Shown: piece by piece, positions 40,641-53,442 of the stretch | Layout of the letters: every line of letters starts with the position of its first letter | Numbering within the stretch: position 1 is the stretch's first letter | Assembly (NCBI GenBank): GCA_951406725.2 | Contig: OX597819.1 | Coordinates: 25,234,001 to 25,298,000, forward strand | Direction: 5' to 3' | Source of the DNA: Octopus vulgaris | Taxonomy: Eukaryota | Length of the DNA: 64,000 nucleotides | The notes under the pieces: generated by a model | What the model was told of the DNA's origin: nothing | Databases searched by the model: none | The model's input: only the letters and a program-made list of their open reading frames with translations | Program-made: the position numbers and the translations under genes

Positions 40641-41913
40641 AAAAAATATCAGAGAATTCCCAAACATCAAAAGGGGTAGATACAAAAGAGGTTGTAAGAT
40701 TAACTGCATTGAAGAAAGTTCGATTCATGGAGATCCGATGAAAGGTTTTAAACCTATAGAATTTATGCATGTCTACATATAGCTCATATTGAATATTTGA
40801 TCAAGTTGTATGAAGAAATTTTCGGATACAGTCATGCAAAATTTCTGAAAATCCGAGTAAGAGGCAAAGTGACTGCCACATCATGTAGAGGAAAGTCTGA
40901 GTAAAAACATAGTGACTGTCATATCGTGTAGAGGAACAGATTGTTATTGAAATTTACAAGAATCGCAGATAAGTTCGATTTTTTGGAGATCTGATGAAAA
41001 GGTCTTGAACTTACAAAATTTGTGTATGTCCTTATAGTTCGTAATCCAGTTTTGTGGAGAGATTTAGGGTACAATCATGCGAAAATATCAGGGAGTCCGA
41101 ATGAGAAGCAAAAATGACAGTCTTATATTGTAGTGGTTCAGGTAGTTAATGAAATTTTCAAGAATCACAGAAAGAGGAGGAAGGGGGTAGGAATTTAATC
41201 AGTTACTGCTATTTAAGCTGTCAAAGAGAAAGGAAAGGGGAAGCTAAGGGGATGGGCACAATTTGATACTGACAAAAAAGTCTAAGTTTGTTTGGAACAA
41301 ATTCGAACTGAGGTCAACAATTTATTTCTTTATTTATAAATGTTACTATTAATAGATTGTCAGGTTACAAAGAGGTCATTAGAAAGGAAAGAAAAATGGG
41401 GTTGTTATTAAATGAAATTAAACTATTATATTATTATTATACTAAACTATAATACATACATAATGTTATTAAATGAAATTAAACAATTATATTAATATTA
41501 TACTAAACTATAATACATTACACTATATTATATTATATTATTTTGATATATTCCATCACAATACACTACGATAGGTCTGGTATTAGCAGAATTAATTTTT
41601 AAAAGTTTAAAAGAAATTAAGAGAATTAACTAACTAATATTTGTAATGGGATAAAAAATAGACTAAGAAATGGAGATAAAAATAGAGCAAAATTTAATTT
41701 ATTAATAATATGGTCCAATAGAAATAAATCAAATAATTTAAGTCAATAAGTATTAAATAGTACCATCAGAGAGAGAAAAATTATAATCATAGCTAGTTAG
41801 AACTTATCTTTCCAGTTAAATATATAATATACTATGTAGGAGTGATATGTAAGTCAAAATGAATTTTATGTAAAATAATTCCAGTATACAGTTATCAATT
41901 GAGATATATTTTT

Positions 41914-41997
41914 TCGGCTGACGAGTACGAGCCATCTGTATTCACTGCATTTTTTGTAGCTTATTAAAGATGTCCTCGTACGAAACGATCGTACCGA
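41914..41997 (+). ncRNA. Type I hammerhead ribozyme
   Basis: TCGG-CTGACGA-GTACGAG...CTCGTAC-GAAA-CGATCG-TA-CCGA: complete core, 7-bp stem II, palindromic stem III, GUA cleavage triplet. Confidence 0.85.
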
Positions 41998-42146
41998 GAT
42001 TTTAATCCATTCTTGTTGCTTTTTTCCTATTTATAATCACCCCACTTGTCGTATGGTTAACACCATATAGATATCCGGTGCATCCTAGTTAAGGACCATA
42101 TTCATGTGAATTCTTTAGAATTCACTAGAATCTCAATTACTTAACC

Positions 42147-42195
<49 letters not shown>

Positions 42196-43258
42196 TAATA
42201 AGAAAAAGGCAATATTAGCCCATTAATATCATCTTAATCTTATCGGCAAGGCTCTCATGCAGATATCTCGGGGTAAGTTTTGGTTTGAGTGGCTCTGTGA
42301 ATCTTCAACTTTACTGGGCTTACAACAGCAATGATGAGAGAATTACTAGGTAGGTATACAATAAAGTGCACTAATAGGCGTAGGAAATTAACAGCATATA
42401 CAAAAATAAATTGAGGTTCATTTATTCATTAGTGAGAAATTACATCTATTTGTTAACGTAGTACAGTGAATTAAATGAAAGTTTCCAGTTGTAAGGGAGA
42501 TAACTCTCATGACACTATTAATAACGAGATGTTATCGTTCAGACAACGTCACAAATTTATGAAGTCTGCAGTGAAAGATTTAACGATTGTAACCTTTAGA
42601 ATTCAGATTACTCCGTCAAAAGTAATACTTATCTATTCACATTATTTTGAATAGTTCATTCATTATTTTGTAACGTCGACATTTTGATGATATGATTGTA
42701 TATTTTTAGAATGACATTGTAGGACAGGTATGCGAAGCTACATCTGGCCAGTTTGAACATGAAGCAGGTAGAATACTTGGGCCAGATGTGGCCGATTTAA
42801 GCACAAATGGGTTACATTTAGAAAACGTTTGGTACTGACCCAGGCCACATAATCGATCCTTGTAGGAATAAAGAATAGAAAAATATGAACGGAACCCTTG
42901 AAAACATAGTCGGACAACACTAAGAATGTACATAAGAATATACGTTTGAAATTTGGTTTTCTGCTCACCCGTTTTTTTTTTTTTTTTTTACCACAAGCCA
43001 CATTGCGGTTAAAGGACATGCTAGAAGTAGCAGCTAAGCCTGTTCAGATCACTCTCCACTACTTTCAAAATATGAAGGACACTGTATAATATAATTGCTG
43101 TAATTCACTTCGAGATGCAAAAATTGTTAGTATAACAATAATTTATAACTGTGGAAATAGACACGAAATTTGGTGGTCGTAGGTTCGATCTATCCTTGCA
43201 TATAAAAGCTAGGAAATGTATGGATACTCTACCAATTTTGCATAACCACTGACTTTTT

Positions 43259-43259
<1 letters not shown>

Positions 43260-43301
<42 letters not shown>

Positions 43302-43430
43302 GCTACCACCACCACCACCACCACCACCACCACCACCACCACCACCACCACCACCACCACCACCACCACCACCACCACCACCACCACCACCACCACCACC
43401 ACCACCACCACCACCACCACCACCACCACC

Positions 43431-43487
<57 letters not shown>

Positions 43488-43505
43488 GCTACTACTACTA
43501 CTACT
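43260..43505. repeat. (TAC)n/(CAC)n compound microsatellite
   Basis: Seen directly. Confidence 0.97.
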
Positions 43506-43599
43506 TCAGAGTAGGCCCATTCACACGATCCATTTTTCTCAATATTCATCCACCTTGCAACAAAATTCCTGGAGGGCAGTACTTCTATCTCTACCCTCA

Positions 43600-44620
43600 C
43601 TTTCCTTTTCAAGTGGGACTTAAAAAAGTCGATGAGGGCTCCGCCGAAGTGGAAAGTGTCTGTCTACAGTCCTTTCAGCCTCGTCTACCACACTACCTCT
43701 TTCGTTATAGCCACTAGGCAGAGGAAAATTGCCTTTCTCTCCCGGCCAAAAGAAGGCGGCGCGGCGATACTCCCAATGGATTCAGTTGACAACCGGATCC
43801 ATCCTACACGTGACAACAGCTGTTCGACAAAGCTCCACAAGTCAGTAACGCACGGACACTGGACGAGTGCATGCAGGACGGTTTCATCGCCCTACGTACA
43901 TCTCGGACAGGTCCATCTGAAAGCACTTCCATGTCTATAGAGCTTTCTCGAACCGGTAGAGCTCTCCGGTAGTATTGCCAGGCCAGTGATTTCTGGAACT
44001 TATCCATAGGCCCTGGCCCTAAAGTCCTCTGGAAAAGACCAGTCAATTGATCCCTCTCGACACCCAGAATTTCCCCGAATACATCGTCACTCTTTCCCTC
44101 TACTAATCCCCTATAGAACTCTATAGTAGAACTTCTACTGATCGCGTTGCTCGACTGGCAGAAGGCTGTGAGCGCTGGCCGACACTCTAGTTGCTAAGCG
44201 CCCTTTCTTGATCTGCGCTTGAACCAGGACTGCAACTCCGTCAGTGAGACGAGCTGCAGAAAGTCCCGTTTGACGAACGGCAACGGTACTTGCTCACCGT
44301 TAAGGAAACGCTGGAGATGACCAAGCCTCAGCGCATGTCTGCATATCCTTAGCCATGGCATGCCCAGTGCTCCACTTAACGGCTGTTGACAGCAGATGGA
44401 CCGCCTGACGAGCGGAACATGTCCCTTCCATAGGAAGTGGAGGAGCAAGCGCTCCAACTTTATCAGGCACGAAGTGGTGTAAAGGACGACGGTCAGGTGG
44501 TAGAAGATGACGGAAGCGATGTACGCATTCGCCACCTCCACTCGTCCTTTCAGGGACAGGCTCCTCTCTGCCCATTTCTGGGTGAGATTGGCTACCTCCA
44601 CCTAGTTCTAGTCCACCTCC
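43600..44620 (-). mobile_element. Tx1/L1-clade LINE, 3' part of ORF2 (pseudogene)
   Basis: WAERSLSLKGRVEVAN, FLWKG, GALGMP, LAWQYYRRALPVR and a CCHC-like C-terminal remnant (ETVLHALVQC). Confidence 0.8.
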
Positions 44621-45094
44621 AGGTGGACTAGAACAAATTCGCCGGGAAGGACGCGTTCAGCTTCCAATATCCTGGGCCCCGTCTATGGATCCGACGACTT
44701 TGAAATGTGGATAACTTATACTACTTCTATCTACATCTGGAAATCCTCTTTAGGCTTGCCCATGTTCACATTGGCTCATTTGGGAAATCCGGTGGGTACC
44801 TGTTAGCCAACTGGAAGTGACTGATCAGGCTGGCGAAGCTTTTACTCCCCCTCTCAGCTAATTCCACTCTATACAGGCGTGCGCCAAGATGGCGTTCCAG
44901 TCATTCACTAACATTAAAGAGCGTGATGTCCCAAGAGAAACCTCCAAACGTCTGAAGAAATCTGGCTGCCCCACCCCGTGGGACGTAAACAGCGACTAGT
45001 CTAAAGGCATCACATTCACTGTCGCTCACGTCCAGGACCACCAACTTACTCCCCAGGTCCAGGAACTTTGGAGGCAGGGGGTTCGTAGATTACA

Positions 45095-45560
45095 TCGACC
45101 GCAATAAGGATGAAAAACAAAGTCGACCTTGGCGGCATTTGAACCTTCGTTCTTTCGGGCGTAAAAATAAAAATAAAAATAAAAATAAATTTTATATATG
45201 GAGCGGGGGCTAGTCAATTATATCGGTTTCAGTGTTCGACTGGTAATTATTTTATCGACCCTGAAAGGGTTGAAACAAAAATCGACGTCCGCGGATTTGG
45301 AACTCAGTACTTAAAGACGGACGAAATGCCGCTTAGCATTTTATTTTGCCAGCTCGCCGCCTTTTTGCACGAGGCCAGCAATTTTGGGGGAAGTGTTAAG
45401 TCGGTTACATCGATCCTAGTATACAACTAGTACTTATTTTATTGATGAAAAACAAAGTTGACCTCGACAGAATTTGAACTCAGAACATAGAGACGGACGA
45501 AATGACGCTAAGCATTTTTCTCGGCGTGCCAACGATTCTGCCAGCTCGCCGCTCTCAAGG
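45095..45560 (-). mobile_element. Cluster of SINE family B copies
   Basis: Reverse complement of the GGCGGCGAGCTGGC heads at about 45362 and 45552. Confidence 0.75.
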
Positions 45561-45589
45561 AAATAAAAATAAGAATGATTGTGTGTATA

Positions 45590-45640
45590 TATGACATACA
45601 TACATACATGCATACATGCATACATACATACATACATACA

Positions 45641-45674
<34 letters not shown>

Positions 45675-46057
45675 CATACATCCATCCATCCATACATACA
45701 TCCATACATACATACATACATACATACATACATACATACATACATACATACATACATACAAATATATTTAAGTTCGTATGTATGTATACATGTATGGATA
45801 TATATATGAATATATATGTACATATATATAGAAAAATATATGTATGTATGTATGTATCTATCTATCTATATATGCATATACATACACACATACATATATA
45901 CATACATACATACATCCATACATACATACATACATACGTACGTACCTACGTACATACATACACACAAACATACATTTGCACATACATACATACATACATA
46001 CATGAATACATGCATACATACATCATACATACATACATACATACATACATACATACA

Positions 46058-46091
<34 letters not shown>

Positions 46092-46206
46092 CAGACATAT
46101 ATACAAATATATTTAAGTTCGTATGTATGTATACATGTATGGATATATATATATGAATATATATGTACATATAAATAGAAAAATATATGTATGTATGTAT
46201 GTATCC

Positions 46207-46260
<54 letters not shown>

Positions 46261-46533
46261 ATATATATATCTATCTATCTATATACGCATATACATACAC
46301 ACACATATACATACATACATACATACATACATACATACATACATACATACATACATACGTACGTACGTACCTACCTACCTACCTACCTACGTACATACAT
46401 ACACACAAACATACATTTGCACATACATACATGCATACATGCATACATACATACATACATACATCATACATACATACGTATATACATACATATATACAAA
46501 TATATTTAAGTTCGTATGTATGTATACATGTAT

Positions 46534-46578
<45 letters not shown>

Positions 46579-47120
46579 TATATATGTACATATATATAGA
46601 AAAATATATGTATGTATGTATGTATGTATGTATCTATCTATCTATCTATATACGCATATACATACACACACATACATACATACACACACACATGCATACA
46701 TACATACATACACACACATACATACATACATACATACATATACACATATACACATATATACATACACACATACAAACATACATACATACACACATACATA
46801 CATACACACACATACATACATACATACACACATACATACATACATACATACATACATACATACATACATACATACATACATACATACATCCATCCATCCA
46901 TCCATCCATCCATCCATCCATACATACATACCTACATACATACATACATACACACTTGCATACATACATACATACATACATACATACACACACACATACA
47001 TACATACATACATACATACATACATACACAGATACATCCATCCATCCATCCATCCATCCATCCATCCATCCATACATACATACATACATACATACATTCA
47101 TACATACATACATACATGTA
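45590..47120. repeat. (CATA)n/(CATC)n/(TATC)n field with a triplicated higher-order unit
   Basis: The anchor AAATATATTTAAGTTCGTATGTATGTATACATGTATGG recurs at about 45760, 46105 and 46498. Confidence 0.9.
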
Positions 47121-47265
47121 TAATCCAACAATAATAGACGTCACTCATAAGCAAGTATGCTTTGGTACTATGGTCTGTCTCTCTAAATGTCTTAAGGCCC
47201 AAATGTAGTCACGAATAGAAATATTCTTATTACCCTTGACCTAGCGGAACATCAAGGAGGCGTAG

Positions 47266-47496
47266 AGGCGGCGAGCTGGCAGAAACGTTAGCACACCGGG
47301 CGAAATGCTTTGCGGTATTGCGTCTGTCGTTGCGTTCTGAGTTCAAATTCCGCCGAGGTCGACTTTGCCTTTCATCCTTTCGGGGTCGATAAATTAAGTA
47401 CCAGTTACGCACTGGGGTCGATATAATCGACTTAATCCGTTTGTCTGTCCTTGTTTGTCCCTTCTATGTTTAGCCCCTTGTGGGCAATAAAGAAAC
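47266..47496 (+). mobile_element. SINE family B, full length
   Basis: AGGCGGCGAGCTGGCAGAAACGTTAG, B box GTTCAAATTCC, conserved core, AATAAAGAAA end. Confidence 0.85.
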
Positions 47497-47508
47497 AGAT
47501 AATACATA

Positions 47509-47554
<46 letters not shown>

Positions 47555-48497
47555 CTCTCTCTCTCTCTCTCTCTCTCACAGAATGAAGCTCGATATTATA
47601 TGTCTATCACCGAACTCATATATCAATACCTTTCTGGCACGTCCGTTTATTAGTATTTCTTTATCTTCCGTATATATTTGCTTCTTTTGTATTTCCTCAG
47701 TTATTAATCTTTGCTTTTCCTCTTTTCATTGCGAAATAGTAAAATACTTTAAAAACGAATGATGCAGTCTTGAGATGAAATATTTCTTAATTTCTTTCTG
47801 TTTGCAACAGTGTTGGCATTTTGCCCTTTGTATATTCGTCGTCGCTTTACGCCTACATATTCCTGCGGCTCATATTATTAATGTTTGTGTGCTTCAACCT
47901 TAACATTTTAGATGTCTCTACGTCTATACCTTTATCGTTAACACATTTGAAAGATGTATCTTCAATTGATAAGTGTGAAATATTTATAAGTAGGCACATT
48001 TTCTGTCTGGACAATTTGCCTTTATCGCTCTATAAAAATTTGCCACAAAATTTATGTGCGTTTGTCATTTTCAGACTCCCTCATTGTATAATATACCTTG
48101 TATCTTCTCCGCCAATTTTGTAGAATTGCAAGAAAGAGTTCCCAAAGCACAGAACTGTCATCTCTCTTGTGTTTGTTGATATATTTCCGTTTTATTTAAC
48201 TTGAAAAGAATGTGACAAACAAACTCTTTGTTATACTTTTGTGGTCTCAAGACAACCATGGCCTTACTTTTATTATAGCATTTAAGAAAGTACCTTGGAG
48301 TGAGAGAGAGGGAGAGAGGGAGACAGAAAGAGAGAGAGAGAAAGAAAGAGAGAGAGAAAGAGAAAGCAGGAGAGTGAGGAAGAGAGAGAGAGAGAGAGAG
48401 AGAGGAAGAGAGACACTGGTTTTCTGGTATCATCGACCAATAAATAATATCTGAACTTAAATATTTGTGGTGTTTCAACTGTTATTATCCCTGCAGC

Positions 48498-48538
<41 letters not shown>

Positions 48539-48556
48539 TATTATTATTATTATTTA

Positions 48557-48587
<31 letters not shown>

Positions 48588-48730
48588 AATTATTATTATT
48601 ATTATTATTAATATTATTATTATTGTTGTTGTTGTTGTTGTTGTTGTTGTTATTGTTGTCATTGTTGTTATTGTTGTTGTTGTTGTTGTTGTTGTTATTG
48701 TTGTCATTGTTGTTATTGTTGTTGTTGTTG
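48498..48730. repeat. (TTA)n/(TTG)n microsatellite
   Basis: Seen directly. Confidence 0.97.
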
Positions 48731-48899
48731 CTGTTCGTCAATCGATACGTGTTGCTCATCGCCGCGTAAGTTTTGCTATTATTTATATTGTTATACATTG
48801 TTTTACATTGTACATTTGTTACTGTTACTTAGTTAAACAAACCAGGGTCTTGGAGAACTGGTTAGTTCTTTCCCATTTAGGAGCTATTTTTTTTGTTGC

Positions 48900-51800
48900 T
48901 AAAATCAAAGATGGCGAACAAAAACCGTCCATCCGCTGAAAATAACAGCGGGGTATCCGCAAGACAGAAGTGCCGAGTTGAACAAGACAGCGACTGTTTA
49001 GCAACAACAACAAGATTAACGCACGTGGAACGTATGAAAATGAATTCCCCTTACTTCTTTCTTCCCTTTTACCACCGCAGAAACAAGAGAAGAAAATCAC
49101 TAAAACATCAACAACACAAGCGAAAACACTTCCAACGCCACCGCTACCACCGTTGCCAGCAGCAGCAGCAGTAATAGTAGTGGTAGCAATATCAACAATA
49201 CGAGAGACAGTTAGGGCAGCAGCAACAGCGCTGGTAACAACAACAACAACAACAGCGATAGCAAAGGTAACAACAGCGATAGCAAAGTTATCAACAACGC
49301 CAATAACACCAGCCAAAACAATTACAACAACAGCAGCAGAAGTAGTAGGAGCTGCAGCAGCAACAACAGCAACGACAGCAACAACAACAATGCCCACGTT
49401 ACCAGCAACAACAAAAACACTTTCGCAGCGGCAGTAGCCAAAATGAGACCACAATTCAGCCTAGGTCTCACAAACAAAGATGAAATGTTTGCTCAAGTCT
49501 GGAAACTCACCAAACAAGAGCTAACCTGGGCAAATCTAACTATTCCGGCAGGAGCCATCGAAGAAGTGGAGAGAAGGGCAGTATATTTCATATGCATCTT
49601 AGGACAGAAGAAAAAAGTGGCTTTAATAGCACAAGCAGATATTGAAGCTGCGCTGAGATGTATCAGGAATGACACCGAATACATAGCGAGAAGCTGACAA
49701 TACGACACCGTTTCTATTCTTTTGTAAGTCAGAAGCCCTCGCTATGAAGCACTCAATGACTCCTTGCAAAACCATCTAGATCATAATGGGAAAAAGAACA
49801 GCTCGTGTCGCATTCCCAGGATTCCACCAGAACTTGATAAGTGGTGGGTTCTGGGATGCTTAATCGAGCAAGGGTCAGATACTGTCCCAATGGAGGTGAC
49901 AAAAACTGCCAGGTAGGACTAGTTTGGGGTTGACCTGGAGATACTTCTCCAGATCGGACCAGAAAACGCAAAAAAATCTTGGAGGGTAATACACATAATG
50001 ACTGAAGGCAAAAGATCACATTGTTTCGTTTGTGGAGAAACAACCCATTTTCGAGCTTCTGCCATCAAGTGATAAAAGGTGCAAGGGATTGAAGGTCTCC
50101 ACTGCTGCCTACGCCGAGGTAAAGACCACAACCAGCACCAGCACCCCGATCGTGAAACCTATATCGAAACTTTTAAAGTGGTTCCCCCACCACTAATTAC
50201 GGAAGTCGAACCACCCGAACTTAACGAGACACTGGAAGGTGAGTAAACCTTTCTTCTCTCTTTTTAGCTTGCGAACATGACCATATTAAGAGTAGGAAAT
50301 TTAAATGTTCGACGACTATCAGATCTTTGCATCTGTTAGTCTGCCGAGAATGGGAAATGGGGTGGCAGTGCTGTTAAGGAATGATCTGGATCTCGCGATA
50401 AGGTCGATCTTCGGGACCTTTGACGGTAAATTGGTGGACCTGGACTTGAGCAATAGTGAAGGTGGTGCCTTCAGACTGGTGGCCGTATACGCCCCTACCG
50501 GTGCCAAACGGCCGAATTTCTTTAGGCGTTTCGACGCTTTTCTGGGTACGTCTCACCCTTCACTGTTAGTGGGAGACTGGGACCGTATCTTAGACGCACG
50601 CTGGGATTGTGTGGAAATAGCTGATAGAAGCATGGGGTACAAAAGTCTCAAGTACCTGATCAGCCAGTTCCAGCTGTCTGACAAGTACCGACGAGATTTC
50701 CGTAATGCGCCAGTGTGGACCTGCACCAACCGTATCGGGTCATCTAGATCGTTTATAGTCAGGATTTTCAGTAGGAAAATAACCAGTGACTGTGTAAAAT
50801 GTTCCCATTTTAAAACGGTCGTCTATTCAGATCCAGAGTTTGTAATCTGTACGATAGGCCTAGATAAGACGCGTAGGTAAGGACCCGGTTACTGGAAGCT
50901 GAACATGTCGTTTCTGCTACGTAAGGCGTACTGGGACCGGGTCAACAATTTAGTTAAGCAAAAGTTGACAGGGGTGGGGATTGCCAACAACAAGTGGTGG
51001 GGCCTCTCAAAAGAGAGATTGAAGTAATATCGATAGGGTTTAGCAAAGAAGTGGCGTTAGAAAAATAGAAAGGGAGATGAGCTAGTAGCTAAGTTAGACG
51101 AGGCTATTTGTAGTAGCATTGCAACCAACCTGCTAGCAGCGAGAATGGCATTAGACTATTTCTTCAATGTGAAACAGGAAGTTTGCGTTGTCAGAGCTAA
51201 GGCGCGTGATCTGAGAAACGAGGGTACAAAAGCTGTTCGATGGACCCAGGTGGCAGAGGCACAGCGTGGTAAAACAACAATTCGGTTTTTGACGAACCGA
51301 GAGTGATACGGGCTGAGCGATTCCTGGCAGATGTGTGAGGCCTTACATCAGCACTTTGCTCAGTTGTTCGCGAGGAGTAGCGGGTGAGAGATGGTAGCGG
51401 ATTTCAGTCATTACATCGACGGCTTTCCACGCCTCTCGACGGCTTTCCACGCCTCTCGACGGCTTTCCACGCCTCTCGACGGCTTTCCACGCCTCTCGAC
51501 GGCTTTCCACGCCTCTCGACGGCTTTCCACACCTCTAGACGGCCGACGCCGAGCGCTGCGAAAAGCAGATAGTTTCAACCGAAATTCAAGATGCCCTTCA
51601 GGATGCCCTTTTCGGATGGTCTGCCCTATGAGCTTCACGGAAATATGCCAGACTTGTTCAATCTCCTCGAAGCGCTCTACTGCAACTGGCTGCAGAACGG
51701 GTGTGCTCCCAGTTCTGTGAGCAGGGGTGTAGTGACGCTGATAAAGAAAGACGAAAACAAGAGTGGTACACTAGATAACTTCAAGCCCATAACTCTGCTA

Positions 51801-52262
51801 AACACAGAGTTTAAAATTTTGGCGAAGGTGTTAGCGAAGTGGTTGGCGCTTGTCGTCAACGATTTGGTTGGGGAGGCGCAAATCTGTGCAATCCCGACCA
51901 AGTCCATTCGCGACAACCTCCATCTAATGCGATACATCATAGAAAGGGTAAGGTGTAAACCTGGGGCTCTGATCAATTTAGATACATCGAAAGCATTCGA
52001 TAGAGTCGACCATCTGTACCTGTAGGCTGTTATCAAAGCAGTTGGCTTCGGCCCCGTCTTCAGAGGTTGGATCGCTTGCAATGCACAGTGGCATCTGTTC
52101 AGTGGTCAAAGTTAATGGCCACCTCTCGGAGCAGTTTCAGATCTCCGGATCGGTCCGTCAAGGGTGCCCTTACACCTCCTTTCTGTACGTATTGACTCTT
52201 CAGCCTTTATTGCAGAAGCTGGTGCAGCTGCAAGGCATTCCGCTCGAACCTGGTCGCAGAAG
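48900..52262 (+). mobile_element. Tx1/L1-clade LINE, degenerate ORF1 plus ORF2 (APE endonuclease and RT), 3'-truncated
   Basis: ORF2 starts at 50277 (MTILRVGNLNVR); motifs GVAVLL, VAVYAP, LLVGDW, GPGYWKLN, DGLPYE, FKPITLLNTEFKILAKVL, KAFDRVDH, VRQGCP. Many lesions; the 5' boundary is uncertain. Confidence 0.85.
51416..51543 (+). repeat. Six copies of a 20-bp tandem repeat (TCGACGGCTTTCCACGCCTC) inside LINE ORF2
   Basis: Seen directly; no spacers. Confidence 0.95.
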
Positions 52263-52265
52263 ATC

Positions 52266-52672
52266 TGGCATTTCAAGGCAGTTACAATACCAGTGATTAT
52301 AGGAGCACTTGGAATGATAAAAAAATAAAGGAACTGAAAATTATTTGAGGATAATCCCTGGCTCATCGTCTATGCAGAACGTGCAAAAGATTATCGTAAC
52401 TGGTACGTCACACGTGTTAAGAAGAGCAGTCCCACTGTGAATTTTCTTTCCTTTATTTCTTCTTCATTTTCTTTGTTTTCATTTTTTTCATTGTTTCTTC
52501 CCATCTTTTTCTCTCTGTCTTTCTTTCCCTTTTTTTATCTGTCACATGACTTTGTAAAAATAAAACGATCTGGTGTCCTTATTTTAATGGCTTATCAATG
52601 TATACAGGGAATGTCTTTGTCCTAGGTGTCGGGAAGACATTTGACAAGAAATGGAAACAAAATTGAAAGAAG
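52266..52672 (+). mobile_element. 3' fragment of an R4/Dong-type element related to 53443-57419
   Basis: WHFKAVTIPVIIGALGMI...VQKIIVTGTSHVLRRA and a 3' UTR end similar to 57355-57410. Confidence 0.85.
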
Positions 52673-52689
52673 TGGATAATGACAATGAT

Positions 52690-52893
52690 TTCAAATTTTT
52701 GCACAAGGCCAGCAATTTTGGGAGAGGGGATAAGTCGATATCATCAACCTCAGCATTCATCAGGTACTTATTTTATCACCCCGAAACGATGAAAAGCAAA
52801 GTCGACGGAATTGGAATTCAGAATGTAAAGACGGAATAAATGCCGCTAAGCCTTTTGTCCGGTGTGCTGACGATTCTGCTAGCTCACCGCCTT

Positions 52894-52938
<45 letters not shown>

Positions 52939-53190
52939 AATAATAATAATAACAACAATAATAATAATAATAATAATGATAATAATAATAATAATCCTTT
53001 CTACTGGAGGTGCAAGGCCTGAAATTTGTGGGATGGGGACTAGTCGATTATATCGACCTCAGTGTTTCACTGGTACTTAATTTGTCAACACAGAATGGGT
53101 GAAAGGCAAAGTCGACCTCGGCGTAGCGACGGGCGAAATACCACTAAGCAATTCGTCTAGCGCTCTAACGATTTTGCCAGCTCGCCGCTT
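52690..53190 (-). mobile_element. Two SINE family B copies separated by (AAC)/(AAT)n
   Basis: GCCAGCTCGCCGC-type heads at about 52890 and 53188. Confidence 0.7.
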
Positions 53191-53212
53191 TAATAATAAT
53201 AATAATAATAAC

Positions 53213-53268
<56 letters not shown>

Positions 53269-53330
53269 TAACAATAATGATGATGATGATGATGATAATA
53301 ATAATAACAATAATGATGATGATGATGATG

Positions 53331-53430
<100 letters not shown>

Positions 53431-53442
53431 CAACAACAATAA

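Larger units (their letters stand above)
40527..42148. mobile_element. Non-autonomous Penelope-like element with inverted, hammerhead-bearing terminal repeats, flanked by (TA)n
   Basis: 40527-40648 and about 41907-42028 are inverted copies with no mismatch seen by eye. The interior is AT-rich with a weak RT-like remnant (KINSANTRPIV, minus strand) and internal repeats. Confidence 0.75.

Noticed and set aside
50239-50267. GTGAGT...TTTTTAG micro-intron before LINE ORF2
   Set aside because: Only 29 nt, too short for a typical spliceosomal intron, with no other support.
51416-51543. CRISPR-like array
   Set aside because: Head-to-tail repeats with no spacers, in a eukaryotic LINE context.
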